DNA of 64,000 nucleotides from Promethearchaeota archaeon (GTDB lineage Archaea; Asgardarchaeota; Lokiarchaeia; Sigyniarchaeales; SOKP01): NCBI GenBank assembly GCA_030599585.1, contig JAUVNS010000011.1, positions 137,061 to 201,060 of the forward strand, read 5' to 3'. Shown piece by piece: positions 39,396 to 49,239 of this stretch (position 1 is its first letter; each line of letters starts with the position of its first letter). The notes under the pieces were generated by a model. It saw only the letters and a program-made list of their open reading frames with translations, ran no database searches and was not told where the DNA came from. The position numbers and the translations under genes were made by a program.

Positions 39396-41138
39396 ATGTC
39401 AAATAAAAATGCTAATCCCTTAGACGGAGGAGATTTAGTCGTGAAAAGTCTCCTTAAAGAGGGAATCACTAAAATTTTCGGCATCGTTGGCGGAGAATTG
39501 TTAAGGATTTATGACGCTATAGAACGTTATGGTCGAGAAGAAGGCATAGATACGGTTATGGTTCGCCACGAGCAAGCTGCGGGACATATGGCAGACGCGT
39601 GGGCACGCTCTACTGGAAAATTAGGTGTCTGTTTAGGGACCGCAGGACCAGGCGTTACTCATCTTGTTCCAGCCGTGGCTGTAGCGTGGGCAGATTCAAT
39701 CCCACTTCTTGTTATCGGAGCTCAAGTAGGAAGGATGTTTGATGATACGGGTATTCTCCAGGGGGGCTTAGATCAAATGAAATTAATGGAGCCGATCACA
39801 AAAGCACAGATATCAGTTGAAGAACCTTATGAAATTCCAAGAGCAGTACAAAGAGCTATTAAAGTTGCAATGTCAGGTAGGAGAGGTCCCGTTTTTCTAG
39901 AATTTCGAGAAACAGCTCTTGTTAGAAAAGCTTCTGAGGATGATCTTAAAAATATATTGGAGCCTGAACAATATAGACCAATTGATAGACCAGCAGGAAA
40001 TCCAAACTCGATTAAGGCTGCGATAGAAATTTTAAAAACTGCAAAGAATCCATTGATCGTTGCGGGAGGAGGAATTCACGCCTCAGATGCATCTACCGAG
40101 CTTAAAAAATTATCTACAACATACAAAATTCCTTGCGGAACAAGTATAAACGGTGTTGGTGCTATTGATATTCGCAGTGAAACATATGTTGGGTCGTATT
40201 TAGTTGCAAACGCATATCGAAAAGCAGTGTCGGAAGCTGATGTAGTTCTTTCTTTCGGTGCTAAATGGGATTATTCTATTCTGTTTGGAGCTCCGCCCAT
40301 TTGGAATCCAAACGCGAAGATTATTCAAAACGATATCGACCCAGAAATGATCGGTCGAAATAGAAAAGTGTCTGTAGCTATTATTGGCGACGCTAGGGTC
40401 GTAATAAATCAATTGCTAGCAGAAATGGAAAAAATGCTCCCTAAAGAAAAAATTTCTGAATGGTCCGAATGGAATTCTTATCTTTCAGATCTCAGAAAAA
40501 ATGACGCTTTAGCAGTTCAAAAATTGTTGAAATACGATAAGCTACCAATGAAACCAGAAAGATTTGCTTACGAAGTCTTGGATTCAATAAAACACGATTC
40601 TCAACTGGTAATTGATGGTGGTGATATTGCTGTCTTCACTTTTGGGTTAATTAGTAATTTCCCTCGCGATCCAAGAACTCTATATTTCCCATTAACGATG
40701 GGACATCTAGGTACGGGTATCCCTCACGCTATAGGTGCCCAAATAGCAAATCCTGATAAACAAGTCGTTGTTATCAATGGAGATGGTAGTTTTATGTTCA
40801 ACATTCAGGAGCTTGATACGGCTGTTCGCCTAAATTTACCGATTATTATTATTATTGCTAATAATTGCGCATGGGGCATGATTAAAAGCAAGCAAAAAGG
40901 GGAATTTAAGAAAAGATATTGCGATGTAGATTTACCACCAACTAATTATGCAGAAATAGCTAAGGGTTTCGGTTGTTATGGCGAAAAAATAGAAAGACCA
41001 GAAGATATTAAGCCTGCTATACAAAGAGCAATAGAATCTAAAAAACCAGCCGTTCTGGATGTAGATATCGCTTTTGAAACGCCAATTGCGATGAAAGTAA
41101 TCGGAAATCTTAAGAAAAACCGTGGACTATACGGTTAA
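39396..41138 (+). CDS. Thiamine diphosphate-dependent enzyme (acetolactate synthase / 2-hydroxyacyl-CoA lyase-like)
   Basis: RHEQAAGHMAD, TAGPG and GDGS...NN motifs; ATG at 39396 preferred over the TTG at 39327. Confidence 0.9.
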   Translation: MSNKNANPLDGGDLVVKSLLKEGITKIFGIVGGELLRIYDAIERYGREEGIDTVMVRHEQAAGHMADAWARSTGKLGVCLGTAGPGVTHLVPAVAVAWADSIPLLVIGAQVGRMFDDTGILQGGLDQMKLMEPITKAQISVEEPYEIPRAVQRAIKVAMSGRRGPVFLEFRETALVRKASEDDLKNILEPEQYRPIDRPAGNPNSIKAAIEILKTAKNPLIVAGGGIHASDASTELKKLSTTYKIPCGTSINGVGAIDIRSETYVGSYLVANAYRKAVSEADVVLSFGAKWDYSILFGAPPIWNPNAKIIQNDIDPEMIGRNRKVSVAIIGDARVVINQLLAEMEKMLPKEKISEWSEWNSYLSDLRKNDALAVQKLLKYDKLPMKPERFAYEVLDSIKHDSQLVIDGGDIAVFTFGLISNFPRDPRTLYFPLTMGHLGTGIPHAIGAQIANPDKQVVVINGDGSFMFNIQELDTAVRLNLPIIIIIANNCAWGMIKSKQKGEFKKRYCDVDLPPTNYAEIAKGFGCYGEKIERPEDIKPAIQRAIESKKPAVLDVDIAFETPIAMKVIGNLKKNRGLYG

Positions 41139-41273
41139 TCTTCTTACATCATATTTTCTCAACTCCTTTTTTTATTTTTTAAAATTTTAAATAACATTTA
41201 ATTCAATGTAGAATAAACCTAATCTAAAAAACTCGTGTAAGTTAAATTTCATAATTCTAAGAGGTAACAATTT

Positions 41274-42077
41274 TTGTCAGATGATATGTTTTTAGATGGA
41301 AAAACGGCTCTAATCACTGGAGCGGGTAGCGGATTTGGTCAAAAAATGGCAGTCGCATTTGCTGCTAAAGGAGCAAATCTAGTCTTAAATGATATTAATG
41401 AATCTGGTTTAAAAGAAACGCGCGATTTAGTCCTGAAGCAGTATAAAACTCAGATTCTCTTAGTTAAAGCCGATGTTTCAAAATCTGAAGAAGTAAACGA
41501 GATGGCTAAAAAAACTTTTGATATTTTCGATAATGTCTTTCTACTTGTGAATAACGCAGGTATCGATGGAGGACTTTACACTTCACTAAAAGCAAAAGAG
41601 GAAGTTTATGATAAAGTATTTGCAATCAATGTAAAAGGCCCATTAAATGTAAGTAAGGCATTTTTTCGGAGAATGAAACGACAAAAGCAGTTTCAACCCA
41701 TAGCTGGCAAAATCATTAACATAGCATCGGTTGCGGGAACGCCAAATGGAACAAATCCCATGCTGGGGATTTATAGCGCAAGTAAAGCGGCGTTGATAGC
41801 ATTTACGCGGCTTTGGGCGCTTGAATTAGGCCCCAATAACATAACTGTGAACGCCATAAGTCCTGGTGTTTTTCTAACGCCTATATATAACAACGATCCC
41901 AAATTAATTCGCCAATTTCTTGAAACAAGAAAAATTAAAATACCAATTGATAAGATAGGGGAATCAAAATGGGTAGCTGACTTAGCATTATTTTTAGCAT
42001 CTCCTACAGCAGATTATATTACCGGACAAAACTTGGTTATTGATGGGGGAATGTCAATTTCGATTAGTAAACTGTAA
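41274..42077 (+). CDS. Short-chain dehydrogenase/reductase
   Basis: TGAGSGFG, NNAG, YSASK and TGQNLVIDGG motifs. Confidence 0.93.
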   Translation: MSDDMFLDGKTALITGAGSGFGQKMAVAFAAKGANLVLNDINESGLKETRDLVLKQYKTQILLVKADVSKSEEVNEMAKKTFDIFDNVFLLVNNAGIDGGLYTSLKAKEEVYDKVFAINVKGPLNVSKAFFRRMKRQKQFQPIAGKIINIASVAGTPNGTNPMLGIYSASKAALIAFTRLWALELGPNNITVNAISPGVFLTPIYNNDPKLIRQFLETRKIKIPIDKIGESKWVADLALFLASPTADYITGQNLVIDGGMSISISKL

Positions 42078-42262
42078 ATCAATGATCTTACTATATCAAA
42101 AAGATATTTTATAATAACTTTACTTTTTAATGTTTATGATTGAATTTATTCTATGCAAAAGGGTTATAACACCGAACTTGAATGTCGATTATTGAAAAAT
42201 ATATAGTTTTTTAGAATTCATAGGTTATTTATCTAATATCCTCTCTACTTGAGTAAGAGCTT

Positions 42263-42325
42263 AAAAAAGAAAGAAAAATAAAGATGGGCTTATATGGGGC
42301 TCTAAATTAAAAAGCTCTTATAAGC
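42263..42325 (-). terminator. Hairpin plus U-rich tract after micropeptide copy 1
   Basis: GCTTATA...TATAAGC stem followed by TTTATTTTTCTTTCTTTTTT. Confidence 0.55.
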
Positions 42326-42334
42326 AGCACCAAA

Positions 42335-42364
42335 TTATGGATTAATTGTACCTTCCCCGGGCAC
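42335..42364 (-). CDS. Putative 9-aa micropeptide MPGEGTINP
   Basis: SD AAGGTGA, then GTG CCC GGG GAA GGT ACA ATT AAT CCA TAA. Confidence 0.6.
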   Translation of the reverse strand: MPGEGTINP

Positions 42365-42555
42365 TACACTCACCTTAAATATTAATTCGGTTAATTTTAT
42401 CATAAATCTAAATAAAAGATGGAATTTTTCCACTTTTCATTAACTTATTTTCTCTTTATTTATTTAAACTTCAATAATTATTGAAAAATGAATATATAAG
42501 GAAGTAGGCTATAGTTCTAATTTTAACATTATAAAGAACGGAAAAATTTTTAATT

Positions 42556-42617
42556 AAAAAAGAGAAAAATAAATAGTGGGCTTATAAAGAGCGTTAAAGT
42601 AAAGGACTCATATAAGC
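42556..42617 (-). terminator. Hairpin plus U-rich tract after micropeptide copy 2
   Basis: GCTTATA...TATAAGC stem followed by TTTATTTTTCTCTTTTTT. Confidence 0.55.
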
Positions 42618-42626
42618 AATACCAAA

Positions 42627-42656
42627 TTACGGATTAATATAACCTTCCCCTGGCAT
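42627..42656 (-). CDS. Putative 9-aa micropeptide MPGEGYINP
   Basis: SD AAGGTGAT, then ATG CCA GGG GAA GGT TAT ATT AAT CCG TAA. Confidence 0.6.
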   Translation of the reverse strand: MPGEGYINP

Positions 42657-42920
42657 TAGAATAATCACCTTAAATATTAATTCGGTTATTTTTTTTTTAA
42701 TTTAAATAAAAGATGGTGTTTTTTCATCTTTTCTTCAACTTATTTTCTCTTTAAATATTTAAACTTCAATACTAATTTTGAAATGAATACTTCATCTGGG
42801 CTTAGATTTATTTATTTTAATTTTAAAAGTAGTAGTATTTAAATTTGGATCCTTTGGTAGCTTCGTTGATTCTGATGCAAATCTCTACTGAAGTGCCGCA
42901 ATCAATTGTTAAAAATGCTC

Positions 42921-44129
42921 TTAAATTAAATCAGAGGGTAGAGTTGGGTTAACGAGCAAATTTTGAAACTCTTTAATAGAGGGTTTTTTACCATATTTTT
43001 GTCTTATGGCATTTGTACCAAGATGATATAAAAAAGCGTTTTTTGAATATGCCGGAGTAGATAACCTTTTTAACTCCATTTTTAGACCCGCCTCATTAAA
43101 AAGTTCAGCATTTTTACCATATTGAATCAGTTCTTCTTCGCTGTACTTATTGACTACCGCATGATATGCAAAATTATACCAAAAGAGTGTTGTTTTAGCT
43201 TTTAACTTATCTTGCATTACTATTTTTTCAAGGGATGCTTCTTTTGATGCATCTGTACAAAAATCTCTCAATAATATTTCTGCAGCTTCCTTGTTTGAAA
43301 AAAGCATGGAATTTGCTAAATTAGCAATTCCTTCGGAAATGATCATTTTGGGAGATTGAAGAATTAAGATAGAATGCTCAAATTGATTCAGTTCGCGATA
43401 TAATTTGTTTTCATTGATGACAAATTCTGTGTGGTGTCCAGGATATCCTTCATGACTAGCAGCAGACAGAAATGAGGTCCAATATATAGTATACTTCGAA
43501 TTAACTTCTATTCGGGAATGAAAATTACCTAAATACCAATTATAATAAGCCCATTTTATTTTGTCATTTAAGTTTTCTGGTAGATCTATAGATATATGTT
43601 CCTCTTCAGGTAGGAGATTAGGAAATAATTTATTAGTCTGTTTTCTTACAATATTAAGCGCTTTTTGAAACAACACAAATACTTTTTCCTCGGGGACTTT
43701 TCGTGATATTCTTAATTTATCTAAACGTTCTTCTAAACTTCCAGGACCGCCGTATGCTTCATCGTACTCGCTTTTTAAATTTTTCAGTTCTGATTCATTA
43801 GCTGGCTGTAAAGCTACATCATAAAGTTTTAAAAATTGATCTTTTATTGAAATTTCGATTCCATTTAATAATTCTATTGAAGTCCTCATTGCCGTGAGTA
43901 ATTTTTCTAGATATCTTTCACGTTTTATATCATAACCTTGTAAGTCTAGTTTATTTAATAGGTTGTCTGAGGTAATCAATAATTTGCTTGGCGAGGTTAT
44001 AGCTTCATTATCGACAATCTGGCGAAATTTTTCTGGACCGTAATAAAAATCGACATACCCCTTAATGTGTTTGTCAATTCTTAGAGCGAGTATTAGATAT
44101 TCTTCTCCAAACTCAGATATTCTTACCAT
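42921..44129 (-). CDS. DUF885-like zinc metallopeptidase
   Basis: HEGYPGHH motif and downstream SEGIA third-ligand motif. Confidence 0.75.
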   Translation of the reverse strand: MVRISEFGEEYLILALRIDKHIKGYVDFYYGPEKFRQIVDNEAITSPSKLLITSDNLLNKLDLQGYDIKRERYLEKLLTAMRTSIELLNGIEISIKDQFLKLYDVALQPANESELKNLKSEYDEAYGGPGSLEERLDKLRISRKVPEEKVFVLFQKALNIVRKQTNKLFPNLLPEEEHISIDLPENLNDKIKWAYYNWYLGNFHSRIEVNSKYTIYWTSFLSAASHEGYPGHHTEFVINENKLYRELNQFEHSILILQSPKMIISEGIANLANSMLFSNKEAAEILLRDFCTDASKEASLEKIVMQDKLKAKTTLFWYNFAYHAVVNKYSEEELIQYGKNAELFNEAGLKMELKRLSTPAYSKNAFLYHLGTNAIRQKYGKKPSIKEFQNLLVNPTLPSDLI

Positions 44130-44243
44130 TATTAGCAGAACACAATAATTACATCAACAAAAAATAGATCAAAATATCAAAATTTCTCTTAATTATTAAA
44201 GTTTTTAAATAAATATTAAAATTTTATTAATTTAACTTATCAG

Positions 44244-45413
44244 TTATGACCCACATAAATAAGAACGATGTAAAAACCTTAATTTTAAATCTATAACTAT
44301 CAAATCTGACTTAGGAGAAAACGGTTTAACAACCTTGGAGTTCAAAATTTCTTCGATATGCCATCCACAATCTTTTAAATTAGTATTTAAATTTTCAATT
44401 CCTTTTTTGATTGGATTTGGTTTCTCACAGAATTGATAGAAATGTAGTATTCCGGTTGGTTTTTTCATCAAAAAACATGCAACATCAAGAAAATTAATAG
44501 ATTGTTCTGGTAAATTCATTATGATTCTGTCGATTGTGTGTTTTAAACTATTTCCTAATTTGTGTTCAGGATTTAAAAGCTCATTAACATCCATGTTATA
44601 GGCGATCACCTCTCCTTTCATTTGGTTAATTTCAATATTTTCAATAAGATATTTGTATGCAGATGGGTTGACATCGAAAGCATAAATGTTTACTTCATTG
44701 TTTTTTGCTATTTGAATCGAGAATGGGCCAACTCCCGCAAACATATCTACAATTGTTTCTTGTTTTTTGAATATATTTGAACTTATACGCTTTCTTTCAA
44801 ATACTAACCGGGGGGTGAAATAAGTTTTTTTTACATCTAATTTAAATAAACAGTCGTTTTCTTTATGGATTGTTTCTGGATTGTCATCGCCATAGATAAC
44901 TTTTAACTCTTTTAATCTATGTTTTCCTTTTACTTCGCTTTTTTTCTCGTAAACCGTCTCCACTGATTTATTTACGCTTACCAGCGCTTTAGCTACTTTT
45001 TTCTTGTAATGTAAGAGATTTTTATCGTCAACTGTATTTATTTGGTCAAATTCAACAATAGCAATCTTTCCAACAATATCGTAAGATTTTGGAACTAATT
45101 CCAAAATATTTTGGGGTAATTTATCCTCGAGAGCTTCTTCAATAGAGCGATATTTGTAATTTTCTTCAGCAATTCCGATAGTGCTAACTATGTCAAAATT
45201 TAACTTATTTGAAATCTCTCCAATTAGCTCCTTTATTTTTCCTATATCATTTACTAAGGGAAAAAGCACATAGGCGCCATCGTGTATAACTTTTATTCCT
45301 CTATTGAGAAAAGTTTCATTTGGTAATCTTGTTTTTAGGAATTTGAGGAATTTCTCAGCAGATTCTTGTTTAATTTTTAAAAATTGCGTCTGTTTCTTGT
45401 TTTTTTTACCCAT
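44244..45413 (-). CDS. trm5: Trm5-family tRNA (G37) methyltransferase
   Basis: YDIVG, TIHKEN, DMFAGVGPF and RIIMNLP motifs; ATG at 45413 preferred. Confidence 0.88.
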   Translation of the reverse strand: MGKKNKKQTQFLKIKQESAEKFLKFLKTRLPNETFLNRGIKVIHDGAYVLFPLVNDIGKIKELIGEISNKLNFDIVSTIGIAEENYKYRSIEEALEDKLPQNILELVPKSYDIVGKIAIVEFDQINTVDDKNLLHYKKKVAKALVSVNKSVETVYEKKSEVKGKHRLKELKVIYGDDNPETIHKENDCLFKLDVKKTYFTPRLVFERKRISSNIFKKQETIVDMFAGVGPFSIQIAKNNEVNIYAFDVNPSAYKYLIENIEINQMKGEVIAYNMDVNELLNPEHKLGNSLKHTIDRIIMNLPEQSINFLDVACFLMKKPTGILHFYQFCEKPNPIKKGIENLNTNLKDCGWHIEEILNSKVVKPFSPKSDLIVIDLKLRFLHRSYLCGS

Positions 45414-45837
45414 ATGCATCATTAACTTCAAAAATAATTGAAAATCGTTCCTTGGAACTGGCTAAATTCTTAATGAGATTTCTGTCCAGTTCGCTTGAGG
45501 ATTTAGAGCATTTTATTAAAATCGTTCTGTCGCATATATAATCACTTTTTCGAAAAACCATGTCTTTTTTGTTGATGAAAGTTAAATTTTTATGGCCAAA
45601 ACCGTAAAAAGAATCAACTACATCTCCCACTTTTATAATTACCGTGATTTTTCCTCCGGATGTAATCTTTTTCTTTAGGTGCTGATTTAGATCGTAGCAG
45701 GCTTTTGATGCCCCGATACCTAATATGCACGTTCCATTTTTCGTGAGATACATATCCTTAGTTAATTCAATAGTCGTGGTATGGGTGCATTGAATTAGTT
45801 GGTGGCCTTGTGCGGTAATTGTATCTAATATAGTCAT
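45406..45837 (-). CDS. DUF371 domain protein
   Basis: GH..I.CTH.TTIELTKD..LT..G.CI and VFRKSDYICDRT motifs. Confidence 0.85.
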   Translation of the reverse strand: MTILDTITAQGHQLIQCTHTTTIELTKDMYLTKNGTCILGIGASKACYDLNQHLKKKITSGGKITVIIKVGDVVDSFYGFGHKNLTFINKKDMVFRKSDYICDRTILIKCSKSSSELDRNLIKNLASSKERFSIIFEVNDAYG

Positions 45838-45840
45838 ATC

Positions 45841-47493
45841 CTATTTTTCCTTAAAAAAATGTAAAATATCTTTAATTTGGCTAAAAACAGAAAAATTTGA
45901 ATTATACACTCTCTTTAAAATATTATTTAATCTATGAATGGGATGATTTTCTGGAAATTGCCTTGTTTCTTCGAATTGGTTTTGAAAGAAATCAGGAATT
46001 AGAAGTCCACATTTTTCATAAGTAGTCGAAAATTTAGCTAAAAACTTTTTGGTTGTTTTAATAGAATTTTGATAACTACCATCATTTGTGTTATAGGTGG
46101 AACTTGTTTCGTATTGTCCCATCGGAAAAGAATCAATTAACTCGTATGGAATAATACCGTAAATAATAGAGTAAAACGCTAAATGAATTTGTTCTCTTTT
46201 AATTAAGTCGTTGTTATTTATTTCAGCTAACCATTTATTAATCGTAGGAGAAGTTTTACCCTTAACATCTAATTCAGGTAAAACAATAAAATATTGAGCC
46301 TCTTTAGGCGGGCGATAATTATTTAATAATTTCTGTTCGTACCGATAAATTAAAGGTCTATCTACACTCTCTTTAGATGAGTAAAGTCTTCCATGGCTTT
46401 TATAAATTTTCTCATAAACTTCGAAGAGGGGCTTATTTTTTTTTATTAAACTTGTTGCTTTAACTAAATTGGGGTGGCTGCGAATTCTCTGTTCTACTAA
46501 CTCCCATAAATTTCCTTCTCTAATTGCTTGTCGAATAGTTTTCAATTCTGAGAACGATAAGTATAGGTTATGCTTAGCGATTAATTGGATCCTCAAATCT
46601 TCTTCGAACTTCATAAGTTCGGTAGGTGTATATTTTACACAGATTGGGCAATGGCAGGGGAATTCTTTTAGTTCTTCAAGTTTCTTGGTGCCTGTGGATA
46701 AAGTAAAATAACGATTTTCCTTTGCAAACAAGACATACGCGGCTGAATCCATTAAATCACAACCACACGCTACAGCTAATGAAAAATATTGTGGTAATCC
46801 TAGCCCAAACATGTGAATTGGTGTGTTAGGAATAATGTGCTTCTTTACAGTTAATAACATTTGTGTAGTGAGGTCGAATCTATAATTTAAAAACGCTTTT
46901 ACAATACCCCCTATGGCGTAGACCCCAAAATCTAATTTGCTCATTTCAATTGTGCTTTCTTTCAACAAATCAAGATGTGTTCCTCCGTGCAACGGTCCAA
47001 ACCAATAGCAATCCTGCCGAGATCTTCTTGAAAGATTGTCTTTTGCCCTCTCAATTGTGGTATTTACTTTTTCTTTTGCGATTTCGTAATTATCTTCTAA
47101 TTGTACTGGGATATCTAAGATCACAGGGAAATCTGAGCCGATATCTTCTTGAAATCTTTCTATAGTAGTAGCATCAAGATCAAAAGAGTCTTTGTTATAC
47201 ATGTATTGTTGAAATGCTCCACTATCTGTTGCAATTATCCCATCGTAATTCAGATATTCGTGGAGTCCTTTCTGGAGAATCTGAGTTTTTAATTTTTCAT
47301 TTTTATAAATAATGTATGCGTTAGTAAAAAGACATTGTGCCCCGAATGTTTTAAGATCTTGGGCTGCGATAATATTTCTGGAGGGATGCACTACTGGAAA
47401 TAGATTGGGAGTAATCATCTCTTTACCGTTCAAGTTGATTCGTCCTAACCTTGCTAATGCATCAACATCTTCTATTTCGAACTTCATCTTCAT
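45841..47493 (-). CDS. tgtA: Archaeosine tRNA-guanine(15) transglycosylase
   Basis: TDSGAFQ, HMFGLG, GCDLMDSA, zinc motif CHCPIC...HNL and LWELVEQR. Confidence 0.92.
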   Translation of the reverse strand: MKMKFEIEDVDALARLGRINLNGKEMITPNLFPVVHPSRNIIAAQDLKTFGAQCLFTNAYIIYKNEKLKTQILQKGLHEYLNYDGIIATDSGAFQQYMYNKDSFDLDATTIERFQEDIGSDFPVILDIPVQLEDNYEIAKEKVNTTIERAKDNLSRRSRQDCYWFGPLHGGTHLDLLKESTIEMSKLDFGVYAIGGIVKAFLNYRFDLTTQMLLTVKKHIIPNTPIHMFGLGLPQYFSLAVACGCDLMDSAAYVLFAKENRYFTLSTGTKKLEELKEFPCHCPICVKYTPTELMKFEEDLRIQLIAKHNLYLSFSELKTIRQAIREGNLWELVEQRIRSHPNLVKATSLIKKNKPLFEVYEKIYKSHGRLYSSKESVDRPLIYRYEQKLLNNYRPPKEAQYFIVLPELDVKGKTSPTINKWLAEINNNDLIKREQIHLAFYSIIYGIIPYELIDSFPMGQYETSSTYNTNDGSYQNSIKTTKKFLAKFSTTYEKCGLLIPDFFQNQFEETRQFPENHPIHRLNNILKRVYNSNFSVFSQIKDILHFFKEK

Positions 47494-47513
47494 CCTCTTT
47501 TAATCGGGATTTA

Positions 47514-48107
47514 CTAATCAAAAAATAGGTCCAAACGATCCTCTTGAGATAACTTTTCTAACCAATCGATTTTTCCAATGATAAATTTATTCACATCTAC
47601 TTTCCCGGTAAGAATTTTTGTTATTGTCTTGGTAATTACATCTATGCTATTGTTTGTAGTATCGATTTCCAGTATTGGTTTGTTCAATTGTTTATTCAAG
47701 AAAAAATTCACAGAGTTTCCTAAAATTTCAGATTGGACATTTTCTCTAATTTTTTCTCTTTTATAACCCCTTTCCTTTAACCTGCGATATAATTCATCGG
47801 GATCGCATCTTAAAATTATAACATAATCGATAAATTGCCCGGGTACAATGTCAGAAAAATGGCTCTCGATAATTAGAAATTCTAGATCTAGTTTATTATA
47901 ACGTTGTATTAACTTCATTATGTAGCGAATCAATTTTTTTTCATTGATCACCGAGGTTTCTCTTTCCATATCATAATTTATGATTAACTTCTCTGAAATT
48001 GCTAATTCGTTTAAGCTAATTACTTTAGCGTTTAAGTTGTTTAATAGATTTTGTGAAACTGTTGTCTTTCCGGTTCCAGGAGTTCCAGAAACGATTAAAA
48101 TTTTCAT
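47514..48107 (-). CDS. Adenylate kinase 6 / Fap7-like
   Basis: SGTPGTGKTT, IIESH and RGY...KIRENVQSEI motifs. Confidence 0.9.
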   Translation of the reverse strand: MKILIVSGTPGTGKTTVSQNLLNNLNAKVISLNELAISEKLIINYDMERETSVINEKKLIRYIMKLIQRYNKLDLEFLIIESHFSDIVPGQFIDYVIILRCDPDELYRRLKERGYKREKIRENVQSEILGNSVNFFLNKQLNKPILEIDTTNNSIDVITKTITKILTGKVDVNKFIIGKIDWLEKLSQEDRLDLFFD

Positions 48108-48230
48108 GTTTAAATAATTAGAATCATCGGTAAAATATAAAAATAGTAATCTAAGAAAGAAAAAAACCTAAGTTGAACATTGTTTGAAGAAAATTATATA
48201 AGAAGAGCATTCATTTATGATATGTTTTAA

Positions 48231-48304
48231 TGGGAAAGGGGGGCTTCGAACCCCCGACCTCACGGTTATCAGCCGTGCGCTATACCAGGCTAAGCCACTC
48301 TCCC
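48231..48304 (-). tRNA. tRNA-Ile(GAT)
   Basis: Reverse complement GGGAGAG...CACGG-CTGATAA-CCGTG...GGGGG-TTCGAAG-CCCCC-CTTTCCCA. Confidence 0.95.
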
Positions 48305-48460
48305 GGAAAAAAAACTTATAAAATCAACGATTTCCACATATATTTTGAAAATAAGTTTTTAATATCTCATTAAATATTATTTATTTAAAAAATTTTTGTG
48401 TTGTTAAGCCTTAAATTTTAATAGAATGAAGAGAATATTTTTTTATAGGATAGTTAAAAA

Positions 48461-48901
48461 GTGAGCCAATTGCCTAAAAGATTAAATTATTCAATTATTG
48501 GTTTAGAAGATTATCTTATCAGTTTTGAAAATTATTGTTCGCCATGTGAAATTCAAAAATTTTGTATATACGGAAGGGCTGAGCCTTTTACGGTAGCGAT
48601 TAATTGTAGCGATTTAAATAAGGCAAAAGAAAAGATTAAATTTGATCAGCTCCAAAAATTGCAAAAAAAAGAAGATGTCTCTGTAACATATGAAGAATTA
48701 GTGAAAAAAGTTAAAATAAATGTTCAAAATATTTTTAGCCAGATATGGAAGGATAAAGTTAAAGCACGAAAAGAAGAAATAAGATGTTTAAATTCAAAAA
48801 AAGTAGATTCTATGCTGGTTTCTCAGCAGGGACAAGACTGGTGGCAAGATTTTAACACTACCATAAAAGTTATAAACCGTGAATGCGAAAAAATACTTTG
48901 A
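48461..48901 (+). CDS. Hypothetical Cys-containing protein
   Basis: CxxC-x5-C near the N-terminus plus further Cys residues. Confidence 0.7.
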   Translation: MSQLPKRLNYSIIGLEDYLISFENYCSPCEIQKFCIYGRAEPFTVAINCSDLNKAKEKIKFDQLQKLQKKEDVSVTYEELVKKVKINVQNIFSQIWKDKVKARKEEIRCLNSKKVDSMLVSQQGQDWWQDFNTTIKVINRECEKIL

Positions 48902-49239
48902 CTCTTATTTACACTTTCAAAAGATCATTATGCGGTAAGGGCTGTTTAAAAACTAAAAGATGAGTTTAAAACTGTGTAGTTTTTTTATCAATATTTTTAA
49001 ATAAATATTAGACGATTACAGCATATATGCCATTTATGTTTTAGGAAATCTCGGACGCTCTATAGTTTTGATCAAAAGATTTATATATCCAAGTTACATA
49101 TAGTTATTTTGCATTCAAGTACTAAATCGATTTTCAGTCACACGAATAAAGATTTATTGAATATAATAAGATTTTTAGTAAGTTTTCACGGGAAATAATT
49201 TAGTTTGTGAATTTCAAGTTTAAAAAAGAGGTTTTTTAA

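Larger units (their letters stand above)
42262..42789 (-). repeat. Two diverged tandem copies (~230 bp aligned, 292-bp period) of a micropeptide gene unit
   Basis: Shared blocks such as TCACCTTAAATATTAATTCGGTTA, AAATAAAAGATGG, AACTTATTTTCTCTTTA and TATTTAAACTTCAATA at ~42262-42494 and ~42554-42789. Confidence 0.92.

Noticed and set aside
42262-42789. Tandem repeat considered as a CRISPR array or IS/MITE
   Set aside because: Only two long diverged units, with no repeat-spacer pattern, terminal inverted repeats, transposase or cas genes.
42845-42910. Second C/D-like sRNA (CTGATGC...CTGA)
   Set aside because: No convincing C box or guide spacing.
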